A stretch of 64,000 nt of DNA from Candidatus Kaiserbacteria bacterium (GCA_016867375.1 VGJQ01000002.1:368-64367), one strand, 5' to 3'. Counted from the stretch's first letter, positions 47,306 to 57,385 are shown. Notes: a model not told the origin generated them from the sequence alone. Program-made: numbers and translations.

Positions 47306-47587
47306 ATGGCTATGAAGGCTCGCTACGCTCTGTTTCTCATACTACTGCTCCCGCTTGCGAGCAGCGCTGCTTTCTACATAAAGCCGGACGATCGGAAGTG
47401 GCCCGAAAAGCCATCGATCTACCTCGTGGAGGCGAAGATTATCATCATGGAGTATGTCGAAGAAATGTCGCAACTGTATAAAACACATATGGGGCAGGAA
47501 TTGTCAGCTCAACAGAAGGCTGAGATAAGGGACGAGACGCTTACCCACATGATCGCACAAGGGAGCTACCGGTTTATAGCACCATAA
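47306..47587 (+). CDS. small secreted hypothetical protein
   Basis: Signal peptide, TAAGGA RBS, downstream terminator. Confidence 0.65.
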   Translation: MAMKARYALFLILLLPLASSAAFYIKPDDRKWPEKPSIYLVEAKIIIMEYVEEMSQLYKTHMGQELSAQQKAEIRDETLTHMIAQGSYRFIAP

Positions 47588-47671
47588 TCTGAAAATCCAG
47601 AGCGTCGCTCTGGATTTTTTCTTGTGGCGTAAAGCGGGATTCTTTTTTATTTTTTTGGTATAGTAGGTGCC

Positions 47672-48259
47672 ATGCAGCTCAAACAAGTCGTGGTGATTGC
47701 AGGACCTTCCGGTAGCGGGAAAAATGCGGTGATCGACGAGATCATCAAGATATGTCCGCGCTGCGAACGGCTCGTCACGGCGACCACGCGCGCTCCACGG
47801 GTAGGGGAGATCAACGGTGTCGATTATCATTTCCTCAAACGCGATGAGTTTGACCGGGCGCTTGCAAGCGGAGATATCCTCGAACATCGCTATGTCAGCT
47901 CGCTCGACACGCATTATGGTGTATACAAGCCCGATCTTGAGAGTCGCCTGACGCTCGGTCAGGTCGTGTTCGCGCATCTCGATATTATCGGTGCACGTTA
48001 CCTCAAGGAGCATTACAATGCGACGACGATTTTCATCATGCCGGATTCACTTGAAATATTGGAGAGTCGTGTGCGCGGACGCAACCACGATATGCCGGAG
48101 GAAGAAGTGCAGAAGCGCATGGCGATTGCACGCACCGAAGTCACCGAACATGCTCCAAAATACGACTACCGTGTATTGAATATAAACGGCAAGCTTGATC
48201 AGACGATAGCGCAGGTCGTGGAGATATTAAAAAAGGAAGGATACGACCTGTCGCCATGA
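47672..48259 (+). CDS. gmk: guanylate kinase
   Basis: GPSGSGK, TTRAPR.GE.NG.DYHF, YG. Confidence 0.92.
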   Translation: MQLKQVVVIAGPSGSGKNAVIDEIIKICPRCERLVTATTRAPRVGEINGVDYHFLKRDEFDRALASGDILEHRYVSSLDTHYGVYKPDLESRLTLGQVVFAHLDIIGARYLKEHYNATTIFIMPDSLEILESRVRGRNHDMPEEEVQKRMAIARTEVTEHAPKYDYRVLNINGKLDQTIAQVVEILKKEGYDLSP

Positions 48260-48840
48260 CGCCCGTCTCCCTACTTTTTTTCGGTTCGCAGGGCTCTGGT
48301 AAGGGGACACAGGTCACCAAGGTCATCGAGTATCTCGCATCCAAATCCGATCGCAAGGTGATCCGTATCGATATGGGTGCGGAATTGCGTGCCATGGTCG
48401 GTGAAGGTGGTCATACCGGACCCTTGGTCAATGCCGTGATTAGCGCGGGCAAGCGCATGCCGGATTTCATGCCAATCTATCTCTCCACTAAAAAGTTCAT
48501 CGAACAGTTCACAGGGACAGAGCACATCATTGCCGACGGTCTCGCGCGTGGTGACGATCAGACGCGTGGCTTTGACGACATGATGCAATTTTACGGACGC
48601 GGCGATTATCAGGTCATCCATCTCGTGCTTTCCGAAGAGGTCGCTGTCCAGAGACTCCTTGCGCGCGGCCGTCCGGACGATACCGAAGAGGCAATCCGTG
48701 CTCGCCTCATCTGGAACAAGCAGATCGTCGAGCCGCAGATTGAGCTTTTGCGCACCCGTGGCAGGCTCGTACATCAGATCAACGGTGAGCAAGATCCCGA
48801 CCTAGTGCATCGCGACATCCTCTTCGCCCTCAAGTGGTAA
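48256..48840 (+). CDS. adk: adenylate kinase (short type)
   Basis: GSQGSGKGTQ, DG..R, RGRPDD; usual position between secY and map. Confidence 0.85.
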   Translation: MTPVSLLFFGSQGSGKGTQVTKVIEYLASKSDRKVIRIDMGAELRAMVGEGGHTGPLVNAVISAGKRMPDFMPIYLSTKKFIEQFTGTEHIIADGLARGDDQTRGFDDMMQFYGRGDYQVIHLVLSEEVAVQRLLARGRPDDTEEAIRARLIWNKQIVEPQIELLRTRGRLVHQINGEQDPDLVHRDILFALKW

Positions 48841-48847
48841 GGGTATT

Positions 48848-48887
48848 AAAAGGCGACGCCTTTTAGGCAAAAAGGCGTCGCCTTTTT
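48848..48887. repeat. REP-like doublet AAGGCG(A/T)CGCCTT
   Basis: Two inverted short palindromes between adk and map. Confidence 0.75.
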
Positions 48888-48940
48888 CTCGCCTTTTGCT
48901 CGACTATGTGTCTGGTGCCCGGGATGGTACAGTGGTCCCT

Positions 48941-49711
48941 ATGATTGCAAAGACCGCAGAAGACCTACAGACGCTACGCGAGGGTGGCCGGCGGCTTGCG
49001 CGGCACGTGAGCACACTGATCGAGATGGTGCAGCCTGGAGTCGATGTGAGAGATATCGAAAGCCTGGCGCGCGATATGGTGGCCCAAGACGGCGATGAGC
49101 TCGCTTTTTTTGGCTACCCGTCGGGCAAGCGTGGTGAGAGATATCCCACCGCAATCTGTCTCTCCATCAACGATGCGATCGTCCATGGCATTCAGAGCCA
49201 GACCGATTATGTGATTCAGGAAGGCGATGTGGTGTCGATTGATTTCGGTATCAAGCACAAAGGCCTCTATACCGATCATGCCAAGACCGTGATCGCGGGG
49301 TCTCCGCTCAATGCCGCGGACGAACGGCTCGTACGCGGCACCTACGAGGCGCTTGCGGTCGGTATCGCAGCGGCGCGCGAAGGCGGCAGGACGGGAGATA
49401 TCGGTGCGGCAGTGGAGGCGATTGCCCAGAAATACGGCTTTGGCTTCCCGCGCGATCTTGCTGGACATGGTGTGGGCAGGGCACTCCACGAAGAACCGCA
49501 TGTGCCCAATTATGGCACCAAGGGCACCGGTGCCTTACTCGAACACCATCTCGTGATCGCGATCGAACCGATGATGACCTTGGGTACCGGCAATCTCTAT
49601 GTCGACAAAGACAATTTTACCTATCGCACCAAAGACGGTTCCCGTGCCGCACACGCCGAGCATACAGTGATCATCACCCCCGAAGGCGCCGAGATTTTAA
49701 CGAAGGAATGA
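48941..49711 (+). CDS. map: methionine aminopeptidase type I
   Basis: SIND.IVHG, SIDFG, GHGVG..LHEEP, AIEPM, AH.EHT. Confidence 0.95.
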   Translation: MIAKTAEDLQTLREGGRRLARHVSTLIEMVQPGVDVRDIESLARDMVAQDGDELAFFGYPSGKRGERYPTAICLSINDAIVHGIQSQTDYVIQEGDVVSIDFGIKHKGLYTDHAKTVIAGSPLNAADERLVRGTYEALAVGIAAAREGGRTGDIGAAVEAIAQKYGFGFPRDLAGHGVGRALHEEPHVPNYGTKGTGALLEHHLVIAIEPMMTLGTGNLYVDKDNFTYRTKDGSRAAHAEHTVIITPEGAEILTKE

Positions 49712-49972
49712 TTAATCGTAGATATCGTGATCGCCGATTTCGTAGAAATGAACGATTTCTTTTGTTGTACCAAAATCGAAAATGATCCGATACTCATTAT
49801 TGACCGAAAAGGCGAGAAAGCCATCGAGAGATCCGGATAATTTGTGCGTCTTCAAGCGTTGATCAAAAGGATCCGCCTGGAATATTTGCACCCTTTTCTC
49901 CGTAAGTAATTTGATGGATAGAGGCAATTTCTTGTATTGCCGCATGAACTTTGAGAGATACTGTATTTCCAT
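49712..49972 (-). CDS. RelE/YafQ-family mRNA interferase toxin
   Basis: F.RQYKKL, PF...LKTHKL.G, FSV..YRI, IG.HDIY. Confidence 0.85.
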   Translation of the reverse strand: MEIQYLSKFMRQYKKLPLSIKLLTEKRVQIFQADPFDQRLKTHKLSGSLDGFLAFSVNNEYRIIFDFGTTKEIVHFYEIGDHDIYD

Positions 49973-49988
49973 GACCCCTTGATACTTG

Positions 49989-50204
49989 CTATCGCCAGTC
50001 TTGTAATGATTTTAAGACCTTGCCCTTGCCTTGGTCAAATTGGCGGCGTTGTGCGTATAAGCTGCGCGCCAGTTGTGCTCGTTTATACTCTCGAATGAGC
50101 GTACGGATAAACTCGCTCGTCGAGGCAAATCCTTCGCGCCTTACCTCGCGCTTGAGCTCATCGGCCATTTCCTTTGGTAACGATATGTTTACGATTGTTC
50201 GCAT
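49989..50204 (-). CDS. ribbon-helix-helix antitoxin
   Basis: VNISLP...F.STSEFIR.LIR. Confidence 0.82.
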   Translation of the reverse strand: MRTIVNISLPKEMADELKREVRREGFASTSEFIRTLIREYKRAQLARSLYAQRRQFDQGKGKVLKSLQDWR

Positions 50205-50253
50205 GTAATACATTGTATTACACCCTGTTTGAAATGCAAGTGAAGTTAATTTA

Positions 50254-50408
50254 GGTCCCATTCATAAATTAAGGCTCACTTTTGCTATGCAAGTGTGCAC
50301 TTATGGGCCGATGTATATTCTTATACATCGGCCCGAAGTTCAACACAAAATGAACGGGCCCATACGTGTAGTCCACAAATAATGTACCCGTTATGTGTGG
50401 ACGAGCCC
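50254..50408 (-). mobile_element. MITE family 1 carrying a shortened module C and an extra hairpin (50305-50334)
   Basis: TTA on both sides. Confidence 0.85.
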
Positions 50409-50439
50409 TTAATCATTTACTGAATGCTATACTTTCAGT

Positions 50440-53205
50440 ATGGAAACGCGCGGGATGGAGCGGACATCTTTTACCTCGTCGGAAAAATTTAAATCTCCCC
50501 AAGAGGAGCTTGCCTATCTGCGCGAGCGTGTGCGCGAAAGAGAGCGAGAGCTTGATATCTCGAGCAATCGCCACGAGAGCGATCGTATCGCGCGTCGCGA
50601 GGTCAAAGCGTATGGCGAAGTCCCGGCATCACGCGTCTTGCATGAGCATTTCGTCATACCCGAACACGAAGCAGTCCGCGAGATGATCAAGCTCGAGCCT
50701 GAGACACACGACAAACAGATCGATGGTCTGCTCGACATGGTCGCGCGCAGCGGCATCCGCAATGCGCTTTCGGTCGCATCGCGCATGAAGAATCCCCACC
50801 TCGAAGATGATCTCCATCGCGCGATCGTGCAGTATGTGGCAGAAGGTTTGCCCGACAAAGGTATGGGCGCTCCCGAAAAGGTCCGCAAAGGCCTCACTAT
50901 GGTGCTTTTCGAAGTGCATCCCCAGGCGCACGGCGAAGGGGATCAGAGCAAACAGCCGCACAAGCTCGAGCAACTGCTCTCGTCATCCGAACAGCTCTAT
51001 GCCGGCATCATCTCGCTCGTCGGTGAGGGAGAATCATTCTCGCTCGAGATTGCCGTAGGGCAGGGTACGGAAGAGGCGTCGCTGTATCTGGCTGTACCGC
51101 GCTCAAAGCGGGACCTCGCGGAGCGTCTGATCGCGTCGGTCTTTCCCAATGCGCGTATCACCGAAAATCGCGGAGATTACAACATCTTCAATTATGACGG
51201 CGAACACGCGGCTGCCTATGGAAAGCTCTCCCAGCACCCGGCACTGCCCTTGAAGACGTATGAATCGTTCGAGCACGATCCCCTCAATGTGCTCCTCGTA
51301 GCCTTTGCCCGGATCAAGAAACATGGCGAAGGGGCGGCGTTGCAGATCGTACTCTCCAGCGAAGGCGATCGCTACAACAAACACTACCGCAAAATGCTCC
51401 GCGAGCTCGAGAAGGGAAAGTCTTTGGGTGAGGCGCTGCGTGTGCCCGAGACTATTTTTGGTGAAGTGGTGCATGATCTGGCGAGCTCGATGTTTACGAA
51501 CGATGCGGACAAGGAGAAGGAGAAAGAGCGCGAAATGCGCCGTGTGACCGATTCGGTATCGGCGGAATCTTTGGGTCGCAAGATCAAGACCCGTATCGTG
51601 CCCGCGACGATCCGTATCGTCACCTCCGCACCGACCGCCGAGCGCGCGCATGAGATGCTTACGAATCTCGAGAGTGCATTCGGACAGTTTGACGATGCCA
51701 AGGGCAATACAATGACCTTCAAAAGCGTATCCTCGTGGTATATGCGCGATTTTCTGCGCGCATTTACCTTCCGCGAATTTGACGACTCTGTCATGATGCC
51801 GCTCTCGCTTTCCGAGATCACCTCTGTCTTTCATTTCACCGCCGAGCAGGTGACGACCTCGCGCGAGCTCAAAAAATCCTATGCCAAACAGACTCCCGCA
51901 CCGGTCGAAATGCCTGAAGACGGTATCGTCATCGGTGTCAATCGCTATGGTGGGCAGGAGACGCCAGTGCGTTTTGGTGTCGCCGACCGCTTGCGCCATG
52001 CGTACGTGATCGGTCAGACAGGTACCGGTAAGACGGGTCTCCTCAAAAATATGATCATTCAGGATATGCGCAATGGTGAAGGTGTGGCCTACATCGATCC
52101 GCATGGCAACGATATCGAAGAGCTCCTCGCTGCCGTGCCGCCCGAACGGTACGACGACGTGATCTACTTTGATCCGGCATACACAGCGCGTCCGATGGGA
52201 CTCAACATGCTCGAATACGATATCAGTCGTCCCGAAATGAAGACGTTTGTCATCGATGAAGTGTACGGCATTTTCCGTAAGCTCTATTCGGATGTGCCCG
52301 AGGCGTTTGGTCCGATGTTTGAGCAGTACTACCGCAATGCTGTACAGCTCGTGCTCGAAGATCCCGATACGGGCAACACCTTCGTCGAAGTCGCGCGTAT
52401 ATTTGCCGACTCATATTTCCGCGACATGAAGCTCGCACACTGCAAGAATCCGATCGTCGTGCAGTTTTGGCGCAAGATCGCCGAGCAGGCACAAGGAGAT
52501 CCGTCGCTTGAAAACATCGCTCCGTACATTGTCGGCAAGTTCGATGTGTTCCTGACCAATGACATCATGCGACCGATTGTTGCGCAGGAGCATTCTGCCT
52601 TCGACTTCCGTGAGATTATGGACGATCGCAAGATCTTCCTCGCCAATCTCTCCAAAGGCCGCTTGGGCGATCGTAACACCAGCCTGCTAGGCCTTGTGCT
52701 TGTGTCCAAGTTCCTCCAAGCGGCGTTTTCACGCGTGGATACGCGCGGGGATTTGCCGCCGTTTTACTTCTATATTGACGAATTCCAAAACTTCGCGACA
52801 CCCTCGATCTCGACGATCCTTTCTGAAGCGCGCAAATACAAGCTCTCACTGACGATCGCTCACCAATTCATCGCACAGCTCGACGAAGGCATCCGCGACG
52901 CCGTGATCGGCAACGTCGGTACGAAGGCAGCTTTTCGTGTCGGTACCACCGATGCCGAATTCCTCGCCAAACAATTCGAGCCGGCCTTTGCTGCCTCAGA
53001 CCTCGAAAATCTTCCCAATCGTAATGCCGTGCTCGCTCTCTTGGTCAATGGCAGACCCGCGCGCCCCTTCACAGTCGAGACGATCGAGCTACCAAAAGTC
53101 GACTTCACCAAGGTCGATGCACTTAAGAAGCTTTCATACGATCGATTTGGTAGTGATAGGGGAGAAGTGGAAGCCGACATCCAGCGCAAATTTGACCAAC
53201 TCTAG
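50440..53205 (+). CDS. VirD4/TraD/HerA-like P-loop ATPase (second paralog, long N-terminal domain)
   Basis: HAYVIGQTGTGKT, IDPHG, YIDEFQNF, EARKY, HQFIAQL. Confidence 0.85.
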   Translation: METRGMERTSFTSSEKFKSPQEELAYLRERVRERERELDISSNRHESDRIARREVKAYGEVPASRVLHEHFVIPEHEAVREMIKLEPETHDKQIDGLLDMVARSGIRNALSVASRMKNPHLEDDLHRAIVQYVAEGLPDKGMGAPEKVRKGLTMVLFEVHPQAHGEGDQSKQPHKLEQLLSSSEQLYAGIISLVGEGESFSLEIAVGQGTEEASLYLAVPRSKRDLAERLIASVFPNARITENRGDYNIFNYDGEHAAAYGKLSQHPALPLKTYESFEHDPLNVLLVAFARIKKHGEGAALQIVLSSEGDRYNKHYRKMLRELEKGKSLGEALRVPETIFGEVVHDLASSMFTNDADKEKEKEREMRRVTDSVSAESLGRKIKTRIVPATIRIVTSAPTAERAHEMLTNLESAFGQFDDAKGNTMTFKSVSSWYMRDFLRAFTFREFDDSVMMPLSLSEITSVFHFTAEQVTTSRELKKSYAKQTPAPVEMPEDGIVIGVNRYGGQETPVRFGVADRLRHAYVIGQTGTGKTGLLKNMIIQDMRNGEGVAYIDPHGNDIEELLAAVPPERYDDVIYFDPAYTARPMGLNMLEYDISRPEMKTFVIDEVYGIFRKLYSDVPEAFGPMFEQYYRNAVQLVLEDPDTGNTFVEVARIFADSYFRDMKLAHCKNPIVVQFWRKIAEQAQGDPSLENIAPYIVGKFDVFLTNDIMRPIVAQEHSAFDFREIMDDRKIFLANLSKGRLGDRNTSLLGLVLVSKFLQAAFSRVDTRGDLPPFYFYIDEFQNFATPSISTILSEARKYKLSLTIAHQFIAQLDEGIRDAVIGNVGTKAAFRVGTTDAEFLAKQFEPAFAASDLENLPNRNAVLALLVNGRPARPFTVETIELPKVDFTKVDALKKLSYDRFGSDRGEVEADIQRKFDQL

Positions 53206-53208
53206 CGC

Positions 53209-53231
53209 GTATACAGGTCTGACCTGTGTAC
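53209..53231. repeat. REP-like palindrome ACAGGTCTGACCTGT
   Basis: Second copy at 53723-53744. Confidence 0.8.
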
Positions 53232-53349
53232 GTGCGGGAATGGGTGCAAATATGGGGTGCAAATATGGGGATTGACATGATGTACTTTTGATTGTTACAA
53301 TGACATCAGGTTGCCGATCTGGTTGGCAATATAATGAAGGAGTAGGTCC

Positions 53350-53670
53350 ATGTTGGCACTGTTTGGGCTTTTTATCATCGTCGGCGCACTCTTTGCTTAT
53401 ATCGCAGGGCGTACGCGCTGTCTGTCTCGCGGCCCGAGTATACTCTGCGAAGCTTTTGCATGGGTTGCGACAGGGACAGGGTCACTTGGCTATACATTAC
53501 GCTTCGGCGTTAAGAATGGGCCAATGCCTAACCCCGGCTCAACCGACTACTTTCTCCATACGGTCCATATAGGACTTATCATCTGGCTTACGATGATAGT
53601 CATTGGCGTAGTGGTCCTCATAAGCAAAGAATGTGGACGGAAGGGAAAGCCGCTTATGTTCAAGTTCTGA
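53350..53670 (+). CDS. hypothetical membrane protein
   Basis: AAGGAG RBS, 3 TM, own terminator; bracketed by REP-like palindromes. Confidence 0.65.
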   Translation: MLALFGLFIIVGALFAYIAGRTRCLSRGPSILCEAFAWVATGTGSLGYTLRFGVKNGPMPNPGSTDYFLHTVHIGLIIWLTMIVIGVVVLISKECGRKGKPLMFKF

Positions 53671-53722
53671 ATCGAAGACGAAAGGGTGTCTCACAAGGCG
53701 CCCTTTTTCTATTTCACACAGA

Positions 53723-53744
53723 TACACAGGTCTGACCTGTGTAC
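53723..53744. repeat. REP-like palindrome ACAGGTCTGACCTGT
   Basis: Direct repeat of 53209-53231. Confidence 0.8.
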
Positions 53745-53874
53745 TTGGGGGCGCGGATGCTTTCGGCCAGCATTTGAGCCACGTATTGGCGATTGACTTT
53801 ATTTTTAGAGGTGCTATAATTATACTATGAATCAGTCAATGTGACTGATTCTAAATGGTGAGGGAGAAACCACA

Positions 53875-54012
53875 ATGAATCGCATCGTCCCCATTTTGTT
53901 CTTTTTTGCCATGCTCGTGTTTGCCGCCGTCACGACGACGGCCGACGGCCTCGACGGCCCGAGCGATACTCTGCCGAGTTATCCGTGGGGAAACTTCGTC
54001 CCCCCCGGGTGA
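53875..54012 (+). CDS. 45-aa secreted peptide (below ORF-track cutoff)
   Basis: TTGACT/TATAAT promoter, GAGGGAG RBS, signal-peptide-like N-terminus, terminator at about 54021-54047. Confidence 0.55.
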   Translation: MNRIVPILFFFAMLVFAAVTTTADGLDGPSDTLPSYPWGNFVPPG

Positions 54013-54108
54013 GGCAAACCAAAAAGCGCGTCCCCGGGACGCGTTTTGCTTTTGTATGAGTCCGTTATCCGTTGTATTATGGCTGAAAATTGCTATAGTA
54101 TCGCGCAT

Positions 54109-54633
54109 ATGGCACATGTAAAAAACGAGCGTACATTTATTATTGTGAAGCCTGACGGGGTACAGCGCGGCCTTGTCGGCGAGATTATTACGCGATTCGA
54201 GCGCGTGGGCCTCAAGATCGTCGGCACAAAGATGATCGATCCATCCGTCGAGCATTATCACCATCATTACGAAACCATCGGCAAGATGGTATCGCGTCGC
54301 GGCCAAAAGGTGTTTGACGTGACCCTTGAGATGATGAAGGTTGGTCCCGTGATCGCTTTTGTACTCGAAGGTATTGAGGCGGTGTCTTTGGTGCGCAAGA
54401 TGGTGGGTGCCACGGAGCCCAAATCGGCGCTCCCTGGGACGATTCGCGGTGACTATGCGCATATGAGTTTTGCGCATGCTGACGCTCAAAACATGGGTGC
54501 AAACAACCTCATTCATGCCTCGGGAGATCCTACAGAGGCGGCTGCAGAGATCGCGCACTGGTTTGCCGAGACAGAACTCTTTGACTACGAGACGACGCAC
54601 GACAAATTTACCCAGAAAACAAAAGGGAAATAG
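54109..54633 (+). CDS. ndk: nucleoside diphosphate kinase
   Basis: ERTFIIVKPDGVQRGLVGEI, PGTIRGD, NLIHAS. Confidence 0.95.
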   Translation: MAHVKNERTFIIVKPDGVQRGLVGEIITRFERVGLKIVGTKMIDPSVEHYHHHYETIGKMVSRRGQKVFDVTLEMMKVGPVIAFVLEGIEAVSLVRKMVGATEPKSALPGTIRGDYAHMSFAHADAQNMGANNLIHASGDPTEAAAEIAHWFAETELFDYETTHDKFTQKTKGK

Positions 54634-54734
54634 TCTAATTCGATATAAGAAGCGGGCCGCCCTGTGAGATAGCGAGCTATCGAGCTCTAGCTCACGGGGC
54701 GGCTCGTTTCGTTTGTTCTGATATACTGCACTAC

Positions 54735-55040
54735 ATGAGCTACCAATACATTCATCAATCCCATTACGGTCATGCGGGTGGTGTGCACACCGCAAAGCCC
54801 ATCATGGCGATGGACAAGCACGGCAATTTTTTCGACATGAAAGATGGGAAGCCCTCCGTATTGCCTATCTATCAGACGCGCGGCGGTAAGGTATTTGCCA
54901 CCGAATATCACCCGAGCGGTGTTTCAAATCATGCGATGTTTGAGATAAAGGGCGACAAGATCCACACGACCGCCGCTCATCCGTCGCACAATGCGTCATC
55001 GCATACCTTTGTGATTAAGCCCGGCGAGATGTACACCTGA
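54735..55040 (+). CDS. small His-rich hypothetical protein
   Basis: Internal repeat of the type (R/K)G.K...T..HP. Confidence 0.6.
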   Translation: MSYQYIHQSHYGHAGGVHTAKPIMAMDKHGNFFDMKDGKPSVLPIYQTRGGKVFATEYHPSGVSNHAMFEIKGDKIHTTAAHPSHNASSHTFVIKPGEMYT

Positions 55041-55231
55041 AAAGTCGGGTGTATACTATATACAGCGGTCGAAAACCTCTTGGGACATTTTTGGGAGACC
55101 TACATCGCTTATTGCATTGCGCTCTAATGCTGCGGTCACCCACCTGGATTACCCAGGTGCCCTCGACCGCATTTCAAAAAAGACCCTGCCTAGGCGGGGT
55201 CTTTTTGTGCATGAAATGCTAGAATACAAAG

Positions 55232-56650
55232 ATGAAAGATGCGTCGCACAAAGCCTCGATCACATTTTATGGTGGCGCGGGTGTCGTGACGGGAGCCAAT
55301 TTCCTCTTGGATGCGGGAGATGTAAAGATCCTCATCGATTGCGGTGCGGTCGAACGTGAAATAGCTCATCATGCGATCGATTCCGGGTCGGCACGAATGA
55401 TGATCCCTGTCTGCGACTCAATCAACACACAGCCGTTTGCATACGATCCAGCGGGTATCGACGCGCTCATCGTCACGCATGCACATGCCGATCATATTGG
55501 GCGCATCCCAAAGCTCGTCCATGATGGCTTCACGGGGCCGATCTACTCGACGCCCGCTACGCGCGATCTCGCTGCACTCATGTTTGATGACGCAATTCGT
55601 GTAATGGAGGGCGAAAATGAGCGTCATGGCTGTGACATGGTGTACCAGAAAGAGGATGCAGCGGCGGCACTCGCGCTCTGGCAGCCACACGAATACCACG
55701 AGCCGTTTGAGATAAGATCGGCCACGGTCGAATTTTTCGATGCGGGGCACATCCTCGGTGCGGCGATGGTCAGATGCACACGCAATGGCCGCAGTATTCT
55801 CTTCACTGGTGACTTGGGTAATTCTCCCGAGCCGCTACTCAATGACACCGAGATTCCTGATGGTATCAATTATGTCCTCATGGAGAGTGTCTACGGCGAT
55901 CGTGTGCATGAAGGGCGAGACCAGAGGGCAGAGATATTGCGTGGGGTGATCGAGGATGTGCGTCGGCGCGGCGGTGCACTCCTCATTCCTTCGTTTTCGA
56001 TTGAGCGTACACAAATCCTGCTCTACGAGATTGAGCGGATGCTCGAAGATGGGTCCATGGCGCCCATCCCCGTGTATCTCGATGCACCGCTTGCTATCCG
56101 GGTCACGGAGGTATTCCGGCGCTACATGCGCCTTTTGAAGCCGGAAGTACAAGCGCGCTTCGAGAGTGGCAATGACCCGTTCCAATTCCCCGGACTCACG
56201 CTGACAGAAGATATCTCCGAATCGCGCACCATTCACACCGCTCCAAATCCAAAAGTGATCATCGCTGGCGCGGGCATGTCTGCAGGCGGTCGTATCCGCT
56301 CGCACGAAACGCACTATTTGTCGGATGCAAATGCGACCGTGCTCTTCGTCGGGTATCAGGCGCCGGGATCTCTTGGACGGCGTATCCAAGATGGCAACAA
56401 ACACGTGACGATTGACGGCAAAAAGGTCCGCGTGCGCGCACGCATCGCCGCGCTCACCGGATACTCTGGTCATCGTGACCGTGATGGACTCATGGATTTC
56501 ATTGAGCAGCTCGGACCATCGGTCGAACGTGTCTTCGTGGCGATGGGGGAGCCACGCTCGGAGATGTTTCTCTCACAGCGCATTCGCGATTTTCTCGGTA
56601 TCGACGCACATGCGCCGGAGCAAGGTCAGAAGATCGAAATAGATTGGTAA
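55232..56650 (+). CDS. MBL-fold beta-CASP metallo-hydrolase (RNase-like)
   Basis: THAHADHIG, AGHILG, FTGDLG, MESVYG, YSGH.D. Confidence 0.9.
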   Translation: MKDASHKASITFYGGAGVVTGANFLLDAGDVKILIDCGAVEREIAHHAIDSGSARMMIPVCDSINTQPFAYDPAGIDALIVTHAHADHIGRIPKLVHDGFTGPIYSTPATRDLAALMFDDAIRVMEGENERHGCDMVYQKEDAAAALALWQPHEYHEPFEIRSATVEFFDAGHILGAAMVRCTRNGRSILFTGDLGNSPEPLLNDTEIPDGINYVLMESVYGDRVHEGRDQRAEILRGVIEDVRRRGGALLIPSFSIERTQILLYEIERMLEDGSMAPIPVYLDAPLAIRVTEVFRRYMRLLKPEVQARFESGNDPFQFPGLTLTEDISESRTIHTAPNPKVIIAGAGMSAGGRIRSHETHYLSDANATVLFVGYQAPGSLGRRIQDGNKHVTIDGKKVRVRARIAALTGYSGHRDRDGLMDFIEQLGPSVERVFVAMGEPRSEMFLSQRIRDFLGIDAHAPEQGQKIEIDW

Positions 56651-56701
56651 CTATCACATAGCGTGCGGCACCTACTGCTATTTGAATGATATAATAAAAA
56701 A

Positions 56702-57385
56702 ATGGTAAAGCGCATCACACACCCCAATCACACGGCAGTTCCTAAAAAGCTCTGTCGTGTCCCCGATGGGTACGGCATCATCAAGATCGGTGTGTCGGGT
56801 TCTGCCGAGCTCGCGCATCTCGGCCTCGATGTCTTTGAGCGTGCCAAGGATGTCGGTCGGGAGATTGCGCGTCAGGGCGCCATTATCACCTCGGGGGCGA
56901 CGACCGGATTCCCGATGTACAGCGCGATGGGTGCCAAGGACGAGTGCGGGCTCTCGATCGGATTTTCCCCCGCGTCGACCGAAGACGAGCACGTCAATAC
57001 GTACAAGCTCCCGCTCGAATTCATGGATATGATCGTGTACACCGGTTTTGGATATTCGGGCCGCGATCTGCTCTTCGTCCGATCATCCGATGCGATGATC
57101 ATCGGCCCGGGACGCATCGGCACCCTCAACGAATTCTCCGTGGCATTCGAAGATCATAAGCCATTGGGAATCCTTGAAGGCAACTGGGATACCGACGAGC
57201 TCATCCAGCTGGTGATCGACGCGGCACATCGACCCAATCCCAATATCATTTTCGATTCCGACGCCAAGGCGCTCGTGGAGCGGCTGATCGAAATGGTGAA
57301 AAAGCGCCAGGAAAAAGGCGCTCCTGTCTACAACAACCGCGATGGTTGGTCCGCCACCGGCAAAAACGCGCAGGTGATTTTGTAG
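56702..57385 (+). CDS. LOG/SLOG-family Rossmann-fold nucleotide-binding protein
   Basis: GVSGS, GATTG.P, R....VRSSD, GR.GTLNE. Confidence 0.8.
   Translation: MVKRITHPNHTAVPKKLCRVPDGYGIIKIGVSGSAELAHLGLDVFERAKDVGREIARQGAIITSGATTGFPMYSAMGAKDECGLSIGFSPASTEDEHVNTYKLPLEFMDMIVYTGFGYSGRDLLFVRSSDAMIIGPGRIGTLNEFSVAFEDHKPLGILEGNWDTDELIQLVIDAAHRPNPNIIFDSDAKALVERLIEMVKKRQEKGAPVYNNRDGWSATGKNAQVIL

Noticed and set aside
8977-53205. Conjugative element implied by two VirD4/TraD-like ATPases
   Set aside because: No relaxase, VirB genes or integrase; both sit among housekeeping genes, as is common in CPR genomes.
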